From the IMG/VR virus record IMGVR_UViG_3300032280_000442, positions 64,001 to 128,000 of that record: DNA of 64,000 nucleotides. One strand, given 5' to 3'. The notes under the pieces are model-generated. The model was not told the origin of the DNA and searched no databases. It saw only the letters and a list, made by a program, of their open reading frames with translations. Positions 28,354 to 38,544 of the stretch are shown piece by piece. The first letter of the stretch is position 1. Every line of letters begins with the position of its first letter. Origin of the DNA: a virus (Duplodnaviria > Caudoviricetes). The translations under genes and the position numbers were made by a program.

Positions 28354-28408
28354 AGGGCAAATATAGACATTTTTTTTGAATCCGTCATATTTATAATAAA
28401 AATCTTTT

Positions 28409-28900
28409 ATGAAAAGCCCATACGAAAATCTATCCGATAAAGTTTTATTCAGATTCATTAAAATGTTAATGGAAGAAGTTGATTTTAGTGAGTTAGAAAC
28501 ATCTCAAGATTCTGAGTTAAGTGATGCGATAGATTCTATTAAATCTTATTTTCCAGTTCAAAGTGATGACTACACCATTGATTCGGATTATATATATAAT
28601 CTTTGGAAATTGAATTTTGAATCGTTTGACGAAGAAACACTAACCACACCTCTTTATAGACCAGTATATAAACAAGTAACATTTGATTGGGCTGTTTGGG
28701 AAACTCAATGGGTTAAATTAACTTATCAACACGAAATTGAAACTTACGGGTCAGATAAAGATGATATGCTTAATTATGTTTACGGAATGAGAAATGATGG
28801 TAATCTCAATTGGTATGATGGTAAAGAAATTAATAGTGAGATTACCGAATCAGAAACAACTGACGAGGATATTAATGATAATAGTTTTACAATTCTTTAA
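28409..28900 (+). CDS. acidic hypothetical protein
   Basis: ORF; CATATTTATAA upstream. Confidence 0.8.
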   Translation: MKSPYENLSDKVLFRFIKMLMEEVDFSELETSQDSELSDAIDSIKSYFPVQSDDYTIDSDYIYNLWKLNFESFDEETLTTPLYRPVYKQVTFDWAVWETQWVKLTYQHEIETYGSDKDDMLNYVYGMRNDGNLNWYDGKEINSEITESETTDEDINDNSFTIL

Positions 28901-28905
28901 ATATT

Positions 28906-29721
28906 ATGGAAAAACATAAATTACTTTCATTAGTTAAGAAAACGGCAACCTACTTTGATGACTACTCATCACCTAACTCCGTATACCAATCTTTATGGAA
29001 TGATAAACATTTCAAACCATTATTAGATAAAATGTCACCTGAAGATGTTATTTTTTATAGTTTCTTAGTCCCTATTAACAATAAGGAACAAGACATTGAC
29101 GAATCTTACGACAGAATTGAAGCAAATATGTTTGCAGTTGAATTAATTGAAATTTACAATACCGAACCTGAGGTTGATTGTCCTAATTGTCATAACGGTC
29201 AGGAACCTTGTGACAATTGTGATGGAACAGGTGAAACAGAATGTAGTCGTTGTGATAGTTCCGGTGAAGAGGATTGTGACTATTGCGATGGTTCAGGTGT
29301 TTATGAAGATGGTGAAGAATGTGATATGTGTGAAGGTGATGGAAAACAAACTTGTGGTTTATGTAATGGTAGTGGTTACGAATCTTGTCAATATTGTGGC
29401 GGAGATGGTGAAGTAAATTGTTATAGTTGTGATTCAACAGGAAATATATATAGTGATGAACAAGTTGAGATTCAAAACTTAGATTACATATCTTGGAGTG
29501 GTCGTTGGAAAGATTATTTCTTCAAAGCAAAACCTGACGAACAATTAGATGAAGAAGACACTAAAAACTTTGGGTTCAACTCTCAAACAATATTGTTAGG
29601 TATGTCTGAGGAAATTAGTGAAGAGTATTTAGGATATGAAAATGGTGACGTATTATTATATGTAACTAAAGACACAAAAGATTTAAATTTAAAGAAAACA
29701 AACGAGAGAATTTTACCTTAA
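28906..29721 (+). CDS. protein with DnaJ-type CxxCxGxG zinc-finger repeats and no J domain
   Basis: eight CxxC motifs. Confidence 0.85.
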   Translation: MEKHKLLSLVKKTATYFDDYSSPNSVYQSLWNDKHFKPLLDKMSPEDVIFYSFLVPINNKEQDIDESYDRIEANMFAVELIEIYNTEPEVDCPNCHNGQEPCDNCDGTGETECSRCDSSGEEDCDYCDGSGVYEDGEECDMCEGDGKQTCGLCNGSGYESCQYCGGDGEVNCYSCDSTGNIYSDEQVEIQNLDYISWSGRWKDYFFKAKPDEQLDEEDTKNFGFNSQTILLGMSEEISEEYLGYENGDVLLYVTKDTKDLNLKKTNERILP

Positions 29722-30251
29722 TCCTCATAATTACGATAATTATCCAAATGTTGTGAGATTGCTTCATAAACGTTAGGTAAGTAAAATCTTCTTATCCACA
29801 TACTGTATGAGGCAAGATTATCAAACTCCTTATCCCATTTAATGAATGTATACTGATTATCGCCTAAATCACTTTCACTTAGTAAAATTGGATTACCTTC
29901 TGAATCCACCGCTTCATATAATTCGGTATCCACAGGAATACCATTATTCGCATCCCAAAATGGTGTTGCCATACTAGATGTTGATTCCTCATTATAAATC
30001 TCACCACTCCAATCACATTCCCAATTAACCACACCACTAAAACCATCATAACTTAATAGACAATTTTTATACTTCATAGGGAATAATTTTTCCCTAAATA
30101 AATAACTAAGAATATTATTTGCCATTTCAAAATCTATTTGACAATCACTTTTTTGTATTAACTCTATAGTAGTTAAACCCAACATTGATTTTGTTTCATC
30201 AAACCCCTCTTTATCTATTAACTTTTGTAATGCGATTTCTAACTTTGCCAT
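29718..30251 (-). CDS. hypothetical protein
   Basis: ORF. Confidence 0.8.
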   Translation of the reverse strand: MAKLEIALQKLIDKEGFDETKSMLGLTTIELIQKSDCQIDFEMANNILSYLFREKLFPMKYKNCLLSYDGFSGVVNWECDWSGEIYNEESTSSMATPFWDANNGIPVDTELYEAVDSEGNPILLSESDLGDNQYTFIKWDKEFDNLASYSMWIRRFYLPNVYEAISQHLDNYRNYED

Positions 30252-30293
30252 ATTATTTATTCACTATTTATATAAATATACATATTTATTATT

Positions 30294-30953
30294 ATGAACA
30301 AAGATAAATTATTACGATTATTCCTTAAAGACGTTAACCCACCGGTTAATGTTAATGGATTAATATTACACGCCCAACTTAAATCGGATGACTATATTGA
30401 ATGGGAAATTGAAAACCCTAATGATTTATCCTATAGTAATTTTGTTGTTGATGGACACCTTGAGGAAATGCTATATAATTTTATGGTAATGACCGGAACC
30501 AAAGACAACCCAATGTGGGGTTCAGATATTTACGCAAAATATTGTAGAGTGGGAAATGTAAGATACTTTTACATTAATCAAGAATTAAGAGATGAAATTA
30601 ATGCTAAATGTAATAATTTCACATCTATTAAGTTAGTAGATGGTGAAGAACTTAATTCAGAATGTTATATTATGAATTGGGACATTGGTTACGAAGATGA
30701 CGAAATGTTTAATTTTTACTTATCATTAGAATTAACCAACCCAAAAATTGATGGTGTTGATGTTGATGACGATACACTTCACGAATTTATTGAGAATTTT
30801 GTTTATAATGAGACCGCCCAAGAACAAGAGTTAGACGCTATTTGGGACATTGTCACATTAGTAATTGACAATAAAAATATGTATGATAGCACTTATATGT
30901 TTTCAAACGCAGTTATTGGATACTTTGACCAATTTGGGAATGGTTTGACTTAA
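30294..30953 (+). CDS. acidic hypothetical protein
   Basis: ORF. Confidence 0.8.
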   Translation: MNKDKLLRLFLKDVNPPVNVNGLILHAQLKSDDYIEWEIENPNDLSYSNFVVDGHLEEMLYNFMVMTGTKDNPMWGSDIYAKYCRVGNVRYFYINQELRDEINAKCNNFTSIKLVDGEELNSECYIMNWDIGYEDDEMFNFYLSLELTNPKIDGVDVDDDTLHEFIENFVYNETAQEQELDAIWDIVTLVIDNKNMYDSTYMFSNAVIGYFDQFGNGLT

Positions 30954-31318
30954 TACGAAAAATCAACATCAAGACAAACATTTGGAAACCACATTTCAAT
31001 CTCATCAAGGATTGAATCTTTAATGTCATCCTCTACCCAACTTGGCAAATCTGAAACATATTTCAAATAATCCCAATCACCCTCAAAACCAACCTTTATT
31101 TCAATTGGTTCAAGATATATGGTTCCACTATATTTACACCTTTGATATTTTTCGGTCTCCCAAAGAGCAACTTTACCAATTGTATAAATTACAGACCAAT
31201 CAGCATATTCATCATCGGCAGATGAATACGGCATACTATATTGACCTTCCTTAGTTATAACCTCATCAAATAATTTGATAATGTTTTTTTTAATTGATTC
31301 TATTTTTCTATCTTCCAT
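30950..31318 (-). CDS. hypothetical protein
   Basis: ORF. Confidence 0.8.
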   Translation of the reverse strand: MEDRKIESIKKNIIKLFDEVITKEGQYSMPYSSADDEYADWSVIYTIGKVALWETEKYQRCKYSGTIYLEPIEIKVGFEGDWDYLKYVSDLPSWVEDDIKDSILDEIEMWFPNVCLDVDFSY

Positions 31319-32352
31319 TATACATAGTCAGGAAAAAATTCATTTATATATTTGTCAACTAAACTATAATCAGGGTAATCCGGAATTCTAAAATCAAGCC
31401 AAGGTTCATCACCATTGTCCATAAACGTATTCATCATATTTAACCAAGTAGTTACATAATCAAGGTTATTGGCATAATACCCCCAATTACCACTATCCGC
31501 AACATATTTGCTAATAGAATTAAAAACCTCACCCGGATTAAATTTTAACGAATAATGTTCAACGAGTTTTTCAGGATTATAACTTGAAGGAATTGAGACC
31601 CACTTAGCACTTTTCATATCAAAGAATGTTTCTAACTCATTTTCAACAGCTCGATATATTTCGGTTTCATACGCACTATTATAAGCATTTGAGTGAATAC
31701 CATATAAGTCACCCGATAAATCCCCTAAATAATCATTATCAATTAAATACATAAACGATTCCTCATTCCCAATTATATCACCAACATTCTCAGGCGTTAA
31801 ATAAAAAATACCATCTTCAGAATAATTGTTAAATAAATCAGGTGTCTCATCATCAATCTCAATTTTCCAATTGGTTAATACATCTAATATATGTTTTTTT
31901 AACAATTCAATATTTGCAGGATTTAATTCTTCAATAACATCTCTATATACATCATCGGTTGTGTTACCCCATCTATCCCACACATCATCTTCACCTAACA
32001 CCATTTTGGCAACATCTCTGGCAGAAGTGTCACGACCACCACTATAAAATAACTCAGCTAAATCCTCTCTATCTTTAATTTCTAAATAATACCCATCATC
32101 TTTTATTGTTATATCATCCAATTTAGAAATACAAACTCTAAGTGTTTCTTTATCGTTTAAAACATTTAAAAGATAATTTAATATCTCCAATTGATAATCA
32201 CTTAAGTTATCATCAAAAGGGTCAATATCATTTAATATATTTTGTTTTTGGAAGAAGGTAAGTATTTGTTCCATACTACCAAATATTTTTAGTAAATCGT
32301 CAAATTCACCATTATTAAATTCGTCTATGTATTCTTGTAAATGTGGTTTCAT
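31318..32352 (-). CDS. acidic hypothetical protein
   Basis: long ORF. Confidence 0.85.
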   Translation of the reverse strand: MKPHLQEYIDEFNNGEFDDLLKIFGSMEQILTFFQKQNILNDIDPFDDNLSDYQLEILNYLLNVLNDKETLRVCISKLDDITIKDDGYYLEIKDREDLAELFYSGGRDTSARDVAKMVLGEDDVWDRWGNTTDDVYRDVIEELNPANIELLKKHILDVLTNWKIEIDDETPDLFNNYSEDGIFYLTPENVGDIIGNEESFMYLIDNDYLGDLSGDLYGIHSNAYNSAYETEIYRAVENELETFFDMKSAKWVSIPSSYNPEKLVEHYSLKFNPGEVFNSISKYVADSGNWGYYANNLDYVTTWLNMMNTFMDNGDEPWLDFRIPDYPDYSLVDKYINEFFPDYV

Positions 32353-32354
32353 AA

Positions 32355-32873
32355 TTATTGTTGACTTATGTATTCTGAATCAAAAATTATTTTAATTCCT
32401 GTTTTTGATGTTATGTTCTCTTTAAAATAATCGTTTATACCCCACTGAACCTCGTCACTAACTTCCCATCCGTAATCGTCATCATTTAACGCATCTTCTA
32501 ATGTTCTATTCTCACCATTTGAAACGGTAACTGTTCCCGACAAGTCATTAACTTTTACACTAACAACTACATTTGGTTTCTTTTCATCCAATTCCCAATA
32601 ATCAATGTCATCCACCTCAAAGAAGAAATCGTATCCTCCATACTCATCTATATGATGGGGATTCTGAAGTAATAAGGTTTTAGCAAGTTCTTTAGATTCT
32701 TCCTCTCCTCTCCACTCAATTAAGTATTTGTAGGCTTCATCGTAACTAGTAATACCCTCTCTATTATCCAACTTAAACATATTGATAAATTGATTGTCAA
32801 TTTCACCCCCAAACTTATCAAAGTATTTGAATATAAAGTTCTTATATTTAGATTCCGTTATTATTAATTTCAT
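32355..32873 (-). CDS. hypothetical protein with MKLIITESK leader
   Basis: ORF. Confidence 0.85.
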   Translation of the reverse strand: MKLIITESKYKNFIFKYFDKFGGEIDNQFINMFKLDNREGITSYDEAYKYLIEWRGEEESKELAKTLLLQNPHHIDEYGGYDFFFEVDDIDYWELDEKKPNVVVSVKVNDLSGTVTVSNGENRTLEDALNDDDYGWEVSDEVQWGINDYFKENITSKTGIKIIFDSEYISQQ

Positions 32874-32923
32874 TTATTATTTAGTTTCTTAAATTATAAT
32901 TATAAATAGTTAAAACTACAGAA

Positions 32924-33274
32924 ATGGCACACCCGCTTTTACATTCAAAATCATCCGCCAAAAAATTTGGTGGTATTCCGGAGGATTATATCCATTTACA
33001 TAATTGGTTAGACGAGACTAAAGGATGGTATGGACATTCATTACATAGAATGTTTAGACATCATTCTGAGGGGATATTTGAGATGGAACGACTCTTTGGT
33101 CAATCATTTATAAATAGTGACGGAAAAGTCGTCTATACACGTTATGTGGGAGAACAACACGTAAAAGAGGATTGTTATAATTATATCCCTACAGCCCGTG
33201 AGTGGATACTAGCAATAGATGCTAAAGAAAAACCTATGTGGATGATAAGGACACTAGACATTAATGTAGATTAA
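32924..33274 (+). CDS. DUF6915-like His-rich protein
   Basis: MAHPLLHSKSSAKKFGG...HRMFRHHSEG...EQHVKED. Confidence 0.75.
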   Translation: MAHPLLHSKSSAKKFGGIPEDYIHLHNWLDETKGWYGHSLHRMFRHHSEGIFEMERLFGQSFINSDGKVVYTRYVGEQHVKEDCYNYIPTAREWILAIDAKEKPMWMIRTLDINVD

Positions 33275-33297
33275 CATATTTATAATAAAAAAGATTT

Positions 33298-33999
33298 ATG
33301 CAACCACAAGTTACTGAAGAACAATTAAAATCATTAAAACTATTCGCTCTTTATCTAAACTCATATGGAGCTGAAACGGCAACTAAAGATTATTATATAG
33401 AATATTGTCAGATTGAATATGAAGATGATTATTTTCGTTCACCCGAAACAAGTATACCAATCGAAACTTATAAAAAAATTGATGAAGTTTTAAAAGAAAT
33501 ACTTGAAACTAATGAATTAATTGAAAATGCCACCACAGATTGTGAGCTTAGAGGACAATTAGAGATTGAAATTGATTGCATTGAAAGAACATTAACAGCG
33601 TCCGCAACTCAATGGGAATTTGAAAGTAACGGATTTGAGTTTTCAAAAACTTTAGAAGAAATTTCTGAAGATTATAGTGAAGAAACATATAACGAAGTTT
33701 TAAGGATATTTGAACTGATTGGTGAAAATGGTGAAGGTGAAGCAAGATTTCAAGGTGGTGGTGATAGTGGGTCTTTAGATGGCGATATGTATATCAACGG
33801 GTCATCTGAAGATTTACCAAAACTTATTGAAGATATGTTATATCACTGGTTAGAAGAAACTGATGTAGATTGGTATAACAACGAAGGTGGTCAAGGTAGT
33901 TTTATATTTAGTCCAAAAAATTCAGAAATTTATTTAAATTTAGAACAAAACTATGAAGAAAATGTAACAACACCAATGAACTTTGAAATACATTTCTAA
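33298..33999 (+). CDS. DUF6878-like protein
   Basis: FQGGGDSG...WYNNEGGQG. Confidence 0.7.
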   Translation: MQPQVTEEQLKSLKLFALYLNSYGAETATKDYYIEYCQIEYEDDYFRSPETSIPIETYKKIDEVLKEILETNELIENATTDCELRGQLEIEIDCIERTLTASATQWEFESNGFEFSKTLEEISEDYSEETYNEVLRIFELIGENGEGEARFQGGGDSGSLDGDMYINGSSEDLPKLIEDMLYHWLEETDVDWYNNEGGQGSFIFSPKNSEIYLNLEQNYEENVTTPMNFEIHF

Positions 34000-34085
34000 A
34001 AATACAAAACCCCCTGATTTCTCGAGGGTTTCTATAGTCAGGTTGGAAGTTTAATAAGTAAGTTAAAAGAGCTTTATGTTTTGAC
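33998..34085. repeat. degenerate copy of terminator plus 3' end of the 35056-35240 RNA
   Basis: tatagtcaggttggaagtt...taaaagag.ttta.gttttgac matches 35051-35105. Confidence 0.85.
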
Positions 34086-34155
34086 AAATTAATGTTTTTT
34101 ATTATATTTACAAATATATGAATAAAAATAACAAATAAAATTAAAAAAAAAAATT

Positions 34156-34998
34156 ATGAAAAACTTAAAATTTTACATTTTTGGACTTTTGTTCTTGTCC
34201 TTAAATTTTATATCTTGTAACAAAGATGAAAATCTAAATCTAAATGTTGATAAACAATTAATCACTACTTCATCAAAAATTGATTTAACTAATGAATTAG
34301 ATTTTAACTCGGGTATTGATGTTTCAAACAACTATTCAAGTTATAGTAATAGATTAAATACAATTTCGCAATCAAATTCTGTATTATCTTGTGCAACAGT
34401 AACTGTTAATAATCCAACTCCCGGTGTTTTTCCAAAATCTTTTACGGTTGATTTTGGTACAGGTTGTAATAACAACGGAATAACTCGTTCCGGAATTATA
34501 ACTATAACAATTTCTAATTACATATTAAATAGTGGTAGTATAATGACCATCCAAAGAGGAAATAATTATTATGTAAATGGTGAAAAAATAGAAGGAACTA
34601 TTGTTTATGAAAATACCACTGTAAACCCTAATATTCCACAATGGACTAGAACTATAACAAACGGAAAAATTACTACTTCGTCAGGTATAGTATTTAATCA
34701 TTACGGAACAAGAACAGTTAAACAAATAGAGGGAGCAAATACATTAATTTTTGTAGACAACATTTATGAAATAACTTCAGGTAATCATACAATAATTAAA
34801 GAAGGTGGTTTTCCATTAAATATTACTGTTGTTGAACCATTAATTAAAAAATATACTTGTAATAATATTTCACAAGGAAAATTAAAACTACTTGGAAGTT
34901 TTTTAGATGGTATTTTAGATTATGGAAATAATCAATGTGATAATTTAGCTACTTACACACACTCTAATGGTAGTGCATATAACATAACATTAAATTAA
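34156..34998 (+). CDS. Bacteroidota-type lipoprotein
   Basis: LSLNFIS-C-NKDE lipobox; VDFGTGC...RSG and LDYGNNQCD motifs. Confidence 0.85.
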   Translation: MKNLKFYIFGLLFLSLNFISCNKDENLNLNVDKQLITTSSKIDLTNELDFNSGIDVSNNYSSYSNRLNTISQSNSVLSCATVTVNNPTPGVFPKSFTVDFGTGCNNNGITRSGIITITISNYILNSGSIMTIQRGNNYYVNGEKIEGTIVYENTTVNPNIPQWTRTITNGKITTSSGIVFNHYGTRTVKQIEGANTLIFVDNIYEITSGNHTIIKEGGFPLNITVVEPLIKKYTCNNISQGKLKLLGSFLDGILDYGNNQCDNLATYTHSNGSAYNITLN

Positions 34999-35020
34999 TT
35001 CATAACAAATTAAAAATACA

Positions 35021-35051
35021 AAAAACCCTCACCAAAAGTGAGGGTTTTTTT
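35021..35051. terminator. bidirectional terminator
   Basis: aaaaaccctcac-caaaa-gtgagggttttt. Confidence 0.85.
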
Positions 35052-35055
35052 ATAG

Positions 35056-35240
35056 TCAGGTTGGAAGTTCAATAATAAAATTCTAAAAGAGTTTTAAGTT
35101 TTGACCGTTTAGGTTTGAAAATTTGAATATTGAGGTTTTAATGTCCGTCTTTATCACAATCATTTATCAATGCTCTCTGAATAATTTGTAAGGAAATGGT
35201 AGTTACCATCTTGTCTTATTAAATCCCTCCCGAACTCTGA
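35056..35240 (-). ncRNA. candidate ~185-nt structured ncRNA with periodic 7-nt repeats
   Basis: 5' UCAG(A)GUU(C)GGGAG(GGA)UUUAAUAA pairs with 3' UUAUUGAACUUCCAACCUGA; terminator follows. Confidence 0.65.
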
Positions 35241-35241
35241 A

Positions 35242-35430
35242 CTATACTTTAGGAACCCCACACTCGAAACAAGTTTTAACAATGATAAAATATCCACCTT
35301 CGTTATACAACTTCAAATATTCCTCAGGGTTTTCCGGCTTAACATATTTGGTTGGTCTTAGATAAGTTCTCTCAACCGGTTTTTCTATATGACAAAAATC
35401 ACATTCGTCAAACTCCACACTACCACTCAT
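35242..35430 (-). CDS. small zinc-ribbon-like protein (start MSGSVEF at 35430)
   Basis: CDFC...CFEC. Confidence 0.7.
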   Translation of the reverse strand: MSGSVEFDECDFCHIEKPVERTYLRPTKYVKPENPEEYLKLYNEGGYFIIVKTCFECGVPKV

Positions 35431-35431
35431 A

Positions 35432-35869
35432 TTATATTTCGGTGATTTGGTTATGGTTATCCAAAATATCCTGAAGGTCTTCAATCTGACCCTCCATAAT
35501 TTTAACCATCTCATCTCTATCAACCACTGATACCTCAGCAGTTTTTACCGGTGGATTCTCTCTATTTCGTGAGTAGTAATCAGTACTCACACCTTCTGTA
35601 CAATCCAAAGATTTTAATCTTGCAATTGTAGATTTTAATTCAGACAATCTGAATATTTTATCATACACCGGAGTGTTAGCCTTGTGGATTTTGGTTTTAA
35701 GTTCCACCAACTCATTACTTTTCTCATTGATTTGCTCAAGCATATCTTTAGGAGAATATGGTCTCACATTTCCAACCTCAACTGAATTGTACTGAGACAA
35801 TCTAGCGTAAAGTTCTTGGATTTCTTTAACCAATCGGTTTTTTTCTTTTAACGATTTCTTTACGTTCAT
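35432..35869 (-). CDS. coiled-coil protein resembling the DIP1984/DUF6847 family
   Basis: LKEKNRL...YNSV...LVELKTKIHKAN...IEDLQDILDNHN pattern, recognised by eye. Confidence 0.65.
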   Translation of the reverse strand: MNVKKSLKEKNRLVKEIQELYARLSQYNSVEVGNVRPYSPKDMLEQINEKSNELVELKTKIHKANTPVYDKIFRLSELKSTIARLKSLDCTEGVSTDYYSRNRENPPVKTAEVSVVDRDEMVKIMEGQIEDLQDILDNHNQITEI

Positions 35870-35921
35870 AAATTTGTTTTATTTGTTTAACTAATATAAT
35901 CTATTTTTTTCTAAAGTCAAA

Positions 35922-36260
35922 TTACCACACCTCATATGCACAAGTTTTAAACTCACTACCCCTTAATTCTTTAATGGAATCATCAATAGGCGTAACTATG
36001 TGTTTCTGAAAATCATCCGGTTTCATTAAAACTCCTTCTACAAATCCAAATGTTTTAGCAATACCATTTATTACCAACACCATATTATCAGTTTGATAAT
36101 CATCAGGTATTAAATTTGTTAAAACAATAAAATACTCTCTTGTATCAGGATATGACCAATGTAAATAAAAAAAACGATAGTCAGGGTGTCTCCTTAACTC
36201 AGGAAACTCCTTATACACCTCTTTTAAAATTAACTGTAATCGTTTAGGATATGGATTCAT
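35922..36260 (-). CDS. hypothetical protein
   Basis: TTTG-N19-TATCTTTG promoter 36265-36295. Confidence 0.8.
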   Translation of the reverse strand: MNPYPKRLQLILKEVYKEFPELRRHPDYRFFYLHWSYPDTREYFIVLTNLIPDDYQTDNMVLVINGIAKTFGFVEGVLMKPDDFQKHIVTPIDDSIKELRGSEFKTCAYEVW

Positions 36261-36327
36261 ACGACAAAGATAATACTTTATTTTATATAAACAAAAAAAG
36301 GAACCAAATGTTCCTTTTTTTAATCTA

Positions 36328-37068
36328 TTACATTATGTAGTTTAAAACCCACTCACCGTCCCACTTTTTAACTTGAGATTTAGGAACCCAAAATTCCATT
36401 TCACCAATCTCTTCAACTCTTCTCAAATAATCCTCACGGAATCTATCAGCTTGACTTATGTCAGTGATATATGGGATTCTCATATGTTTTGCGCAAGTTT
36501 TTCCAACACCTGTCAACATTGAAAACTCATCAGTCAATGTTTTAGCACAACATCTACAAATTTTATTTCTACCTGTTGTCATTTTACCTGAGAACTTAAA
36601 CGCCTTTGGTGAAACCGCTAACAACTTAGTAATGTCAATAACCATTGGGTTAAATTCTAATCCGTAAGTTTCTTTCATTTGTTGCCCAATTTTACGTCCA
36701 ACAGTTACAGTATCACCCGGAGTAGGAATTTTGAAATTACGAGTGTTCTCTTTATCGTTATCCTTTTGGATTTGTGTCAACACCGCATTTACTTGTTTAT
36801 CGGATAATGTTCCGTATTTAAGTAACTTCCCTTTGATTTCATTAACGAAATTATTTGGACCATCATATTTAGCAATCTTCTGTAAGTCTTCTGACATTAC
36901 CTCAACATTAACTGTTTGAACACCTTTTAACGCTTTCTCAGCAGATTCAAGTTGTTTTGGTGTTAATGAACCCCATCTTTCTAAAGATGATTTAAGATTT
37001 AATAAGAATTTGTTAGAACCTTGATAATTTCTAACTTTTGATGTCGTTGATGTAGTGGTAGTTGTCAT
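36328..37068 (-). CDS. protein with DUF6011-like Zn-binding motif (start MTTTTT at 37068)
   Basis: CRCCAKTLTDEFSMLTGVGKTC; two LTPKQ/LSDKQ repeats; promoter 37090-37120. Confidence 0.75.
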   Translation of the reverse strand: MTTTTTSTTSKVRNYQGSNKFLLNLKSSLERWGSLTPKQLESAEKALKGVQTVNVEVMSEDLQKIAKYDGPNNFVNEIKGKLLKYGTLSDKQVNAVLTQIQKDNDKENTRNFKIPTPGDTVTVGRKIGQQMKETYGLEFNPMVIDITKLLAVSPKAFKFSGKMTTGRNKICRCCAKTLTDEFSMLTGVGKTCAKHMRIPYITDISQADRFREDYLRRVEEIGEMEFWVPKSQVKKWDGEWVLNYIM

Positions 37069-37089
37069 AGTATATCTGTTTTGTGAGTA

Positions 37090-37120
37090 CAAAGATAATA
37101 CTATTTTTTAACTTACCAAA
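37090..37120 (-). promoter_or_regulatory. sigmaA-type promoter TTTG-N19-TATCTTTG
   Basis: consensus match; downstream TACTCACAAAACA shared with the promoter at 39789-39819. Confidence 0.8.
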
Positions 37121-37159
37121 CTTTTATAAAAAAAAAAGGAACTAATTGTTCCTTTATTT

Positions 37160-38083
37160 TTAATCCACTAATTCTATTTCTGTGTTGTCATCCGTTAAAT
37201 AGTTCGGATAAGTTCTTAATACATCCCATTTAATTGTTTTCATAATATCATTCAACAATACAGGATTGTCTCTAAAATTAGAATCCGGAATCATTTTTCT
37301 ATCAATCATTTTACCAGCTTTAAGAACCTCAACAGATATTTTAATTTTACCATCAACATCTTCAATATCTTTAATCATAAAATTAACTCTAACCGCATCA
37401 TTACCAAAACCACCACTAATTAATTTTGATTGATTAGTTACTTTATCTTTAGACCTGACAAAGTTTGAAACTCTATCAGTTTTAACTCTATCAATATTAT
37501 AACTACCATTTATAAGACGTTCCATTTCACCTTTAGTCACACTCATAACATCTGACTTTAAGTTTGAATCGTATTTAACAGGATTGACCTGACTCATTTG
37601 TTTTCTTGTGGTACTAGAATAAGTATCTAATGTTCTATACCATTGGTCATTAATAAATAAAAATATTGGATACCAACCATATGACTTAACAACATAATAC
37701 CAATCATTATTGTTATTAACGTCCCATTGACCTTCAACATTTGAACCTTTAAACGGCATCTTAGCTGTTGCATATTCATAAGCCGTGTTGTTGGTAACTT
37801 TCCGTTGTTTGAATTGTCTATAGTCCTTAAAGTTTTCTTTTGTTAGATTCTCGTAATCACCATCCGGTCTGAAGTTAGCCGTATATATTTCGTAATACAT
37901 TGTCGCCTCATTTAATGGCATCCCAAAATATCTTAACATTTCCTGAATAAACTTAATCATCTCACTTTTGGTTCCGACTTTCTGTTTATTATCATTAATG
38001 TATTTAAACAACAAAATCTCCTTTTTATTTAAAACAGGAGTTTCTTGTTCTTCACGTAATATACGTTTAATTAATTCTTTCAT
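37160..38083 (-). CDS. hypothetical protein with MKELIKRILREE leader
   Basis: ORF; YVVKSYGWYP...YSSTTRKQ. Confidence 0.85.
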   Translation of the reverse strand: MKELIKRILREEQETPVLNKKEILLFKYINDNKQKVGTKSEMIKFIQEMLRYFGMPLNEATMYYEIYTANFRPDGDYENLTKENFKDYRQFKQRKVTNNTAYEYATAKMPFKGSNVEGQWDVNNNNDWYYVVKSYGWYPIFLFINDQWYRTLDTYSSTTRKQMSQVNPVKYDSNLKSDVMSVTKGEMERLINGSYNIDRVKTDRVSNFVRSKDKVTNQSKLISGGFGNDAVRVNFMIKDIEDVDGKIKISVEVLKAGKMIDRKMIPDSNFRDNPVLLNDIMKTIKWDVLRTYPNYLTDDNTEIELVD

Positions 38084-38084
38084 T

Positions 38085-38543
38085 TTATTTTAAGAATCTT
38101 AATTTGTATAATGTAGAGTAGATTAATTCTTGAATAGTATCAATTTGATTTTGAATAAACGATTCTTTAATAGTTTTTCTATTTTTTTCAACCATAGCAT
38201 CTAAAGCTTTAAAATATTTAATAGTTTGTTCATTACTCTTATATTCCTCCGTTTTAATTGATTTATAACCTGTAAGAACATCATATTTACCTTGATAACT
38301 TTCAATAATACCATCCACAAGTGCATCAATCCCTTCATAATACCCTTGTAGAGCTTTATGTTCTGAATATGATTTTGTTTGTAAATGAAATATATGTACT
38401 TGAGTTTGTGAATGTAATAAAATAGACACCATATCTTTAAAACCTGAGTCGGTTTTTGTGTTGTCTACTTTAATATCACCGTCTTCTTCTTGTTCTCTTA
38501 AAAATATATTTCTTTTTTTGAATTGTATTAAATTTTTTTCCAT
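38085..38543 (-). CDS. ferritin/Dps-like four-helix protein (DUF5856-like) with FLRE leader
   Basis: HIFHLQTKSYSEHKAL..YY...D..IESYQGKY...YKLRFLK. Confidence 0.8.
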   Translation of the reverse strand: MEKNLIQFKKRNIFLREQEEDGDIKVDNTKTDSGFKDMVSILLHSQTQVHIFHLQTKSYSEHKALQGYYEGIDALVDGIIESYQGKYDVLTGYKSIKTEEYKSNEQTIKYFKALDAMVEKNRKTIKESFIQNQIDTIQELIYSTLYKLRFLK

Positions 38544-38544
38544 T

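Noticed and set aside
33998-35105. Diversity-generating retroelement TR/VR pair
   Set aside because: Mismatches are not adenine-specific, both copies are non-coding, and no reverse transcriptase is in the window.
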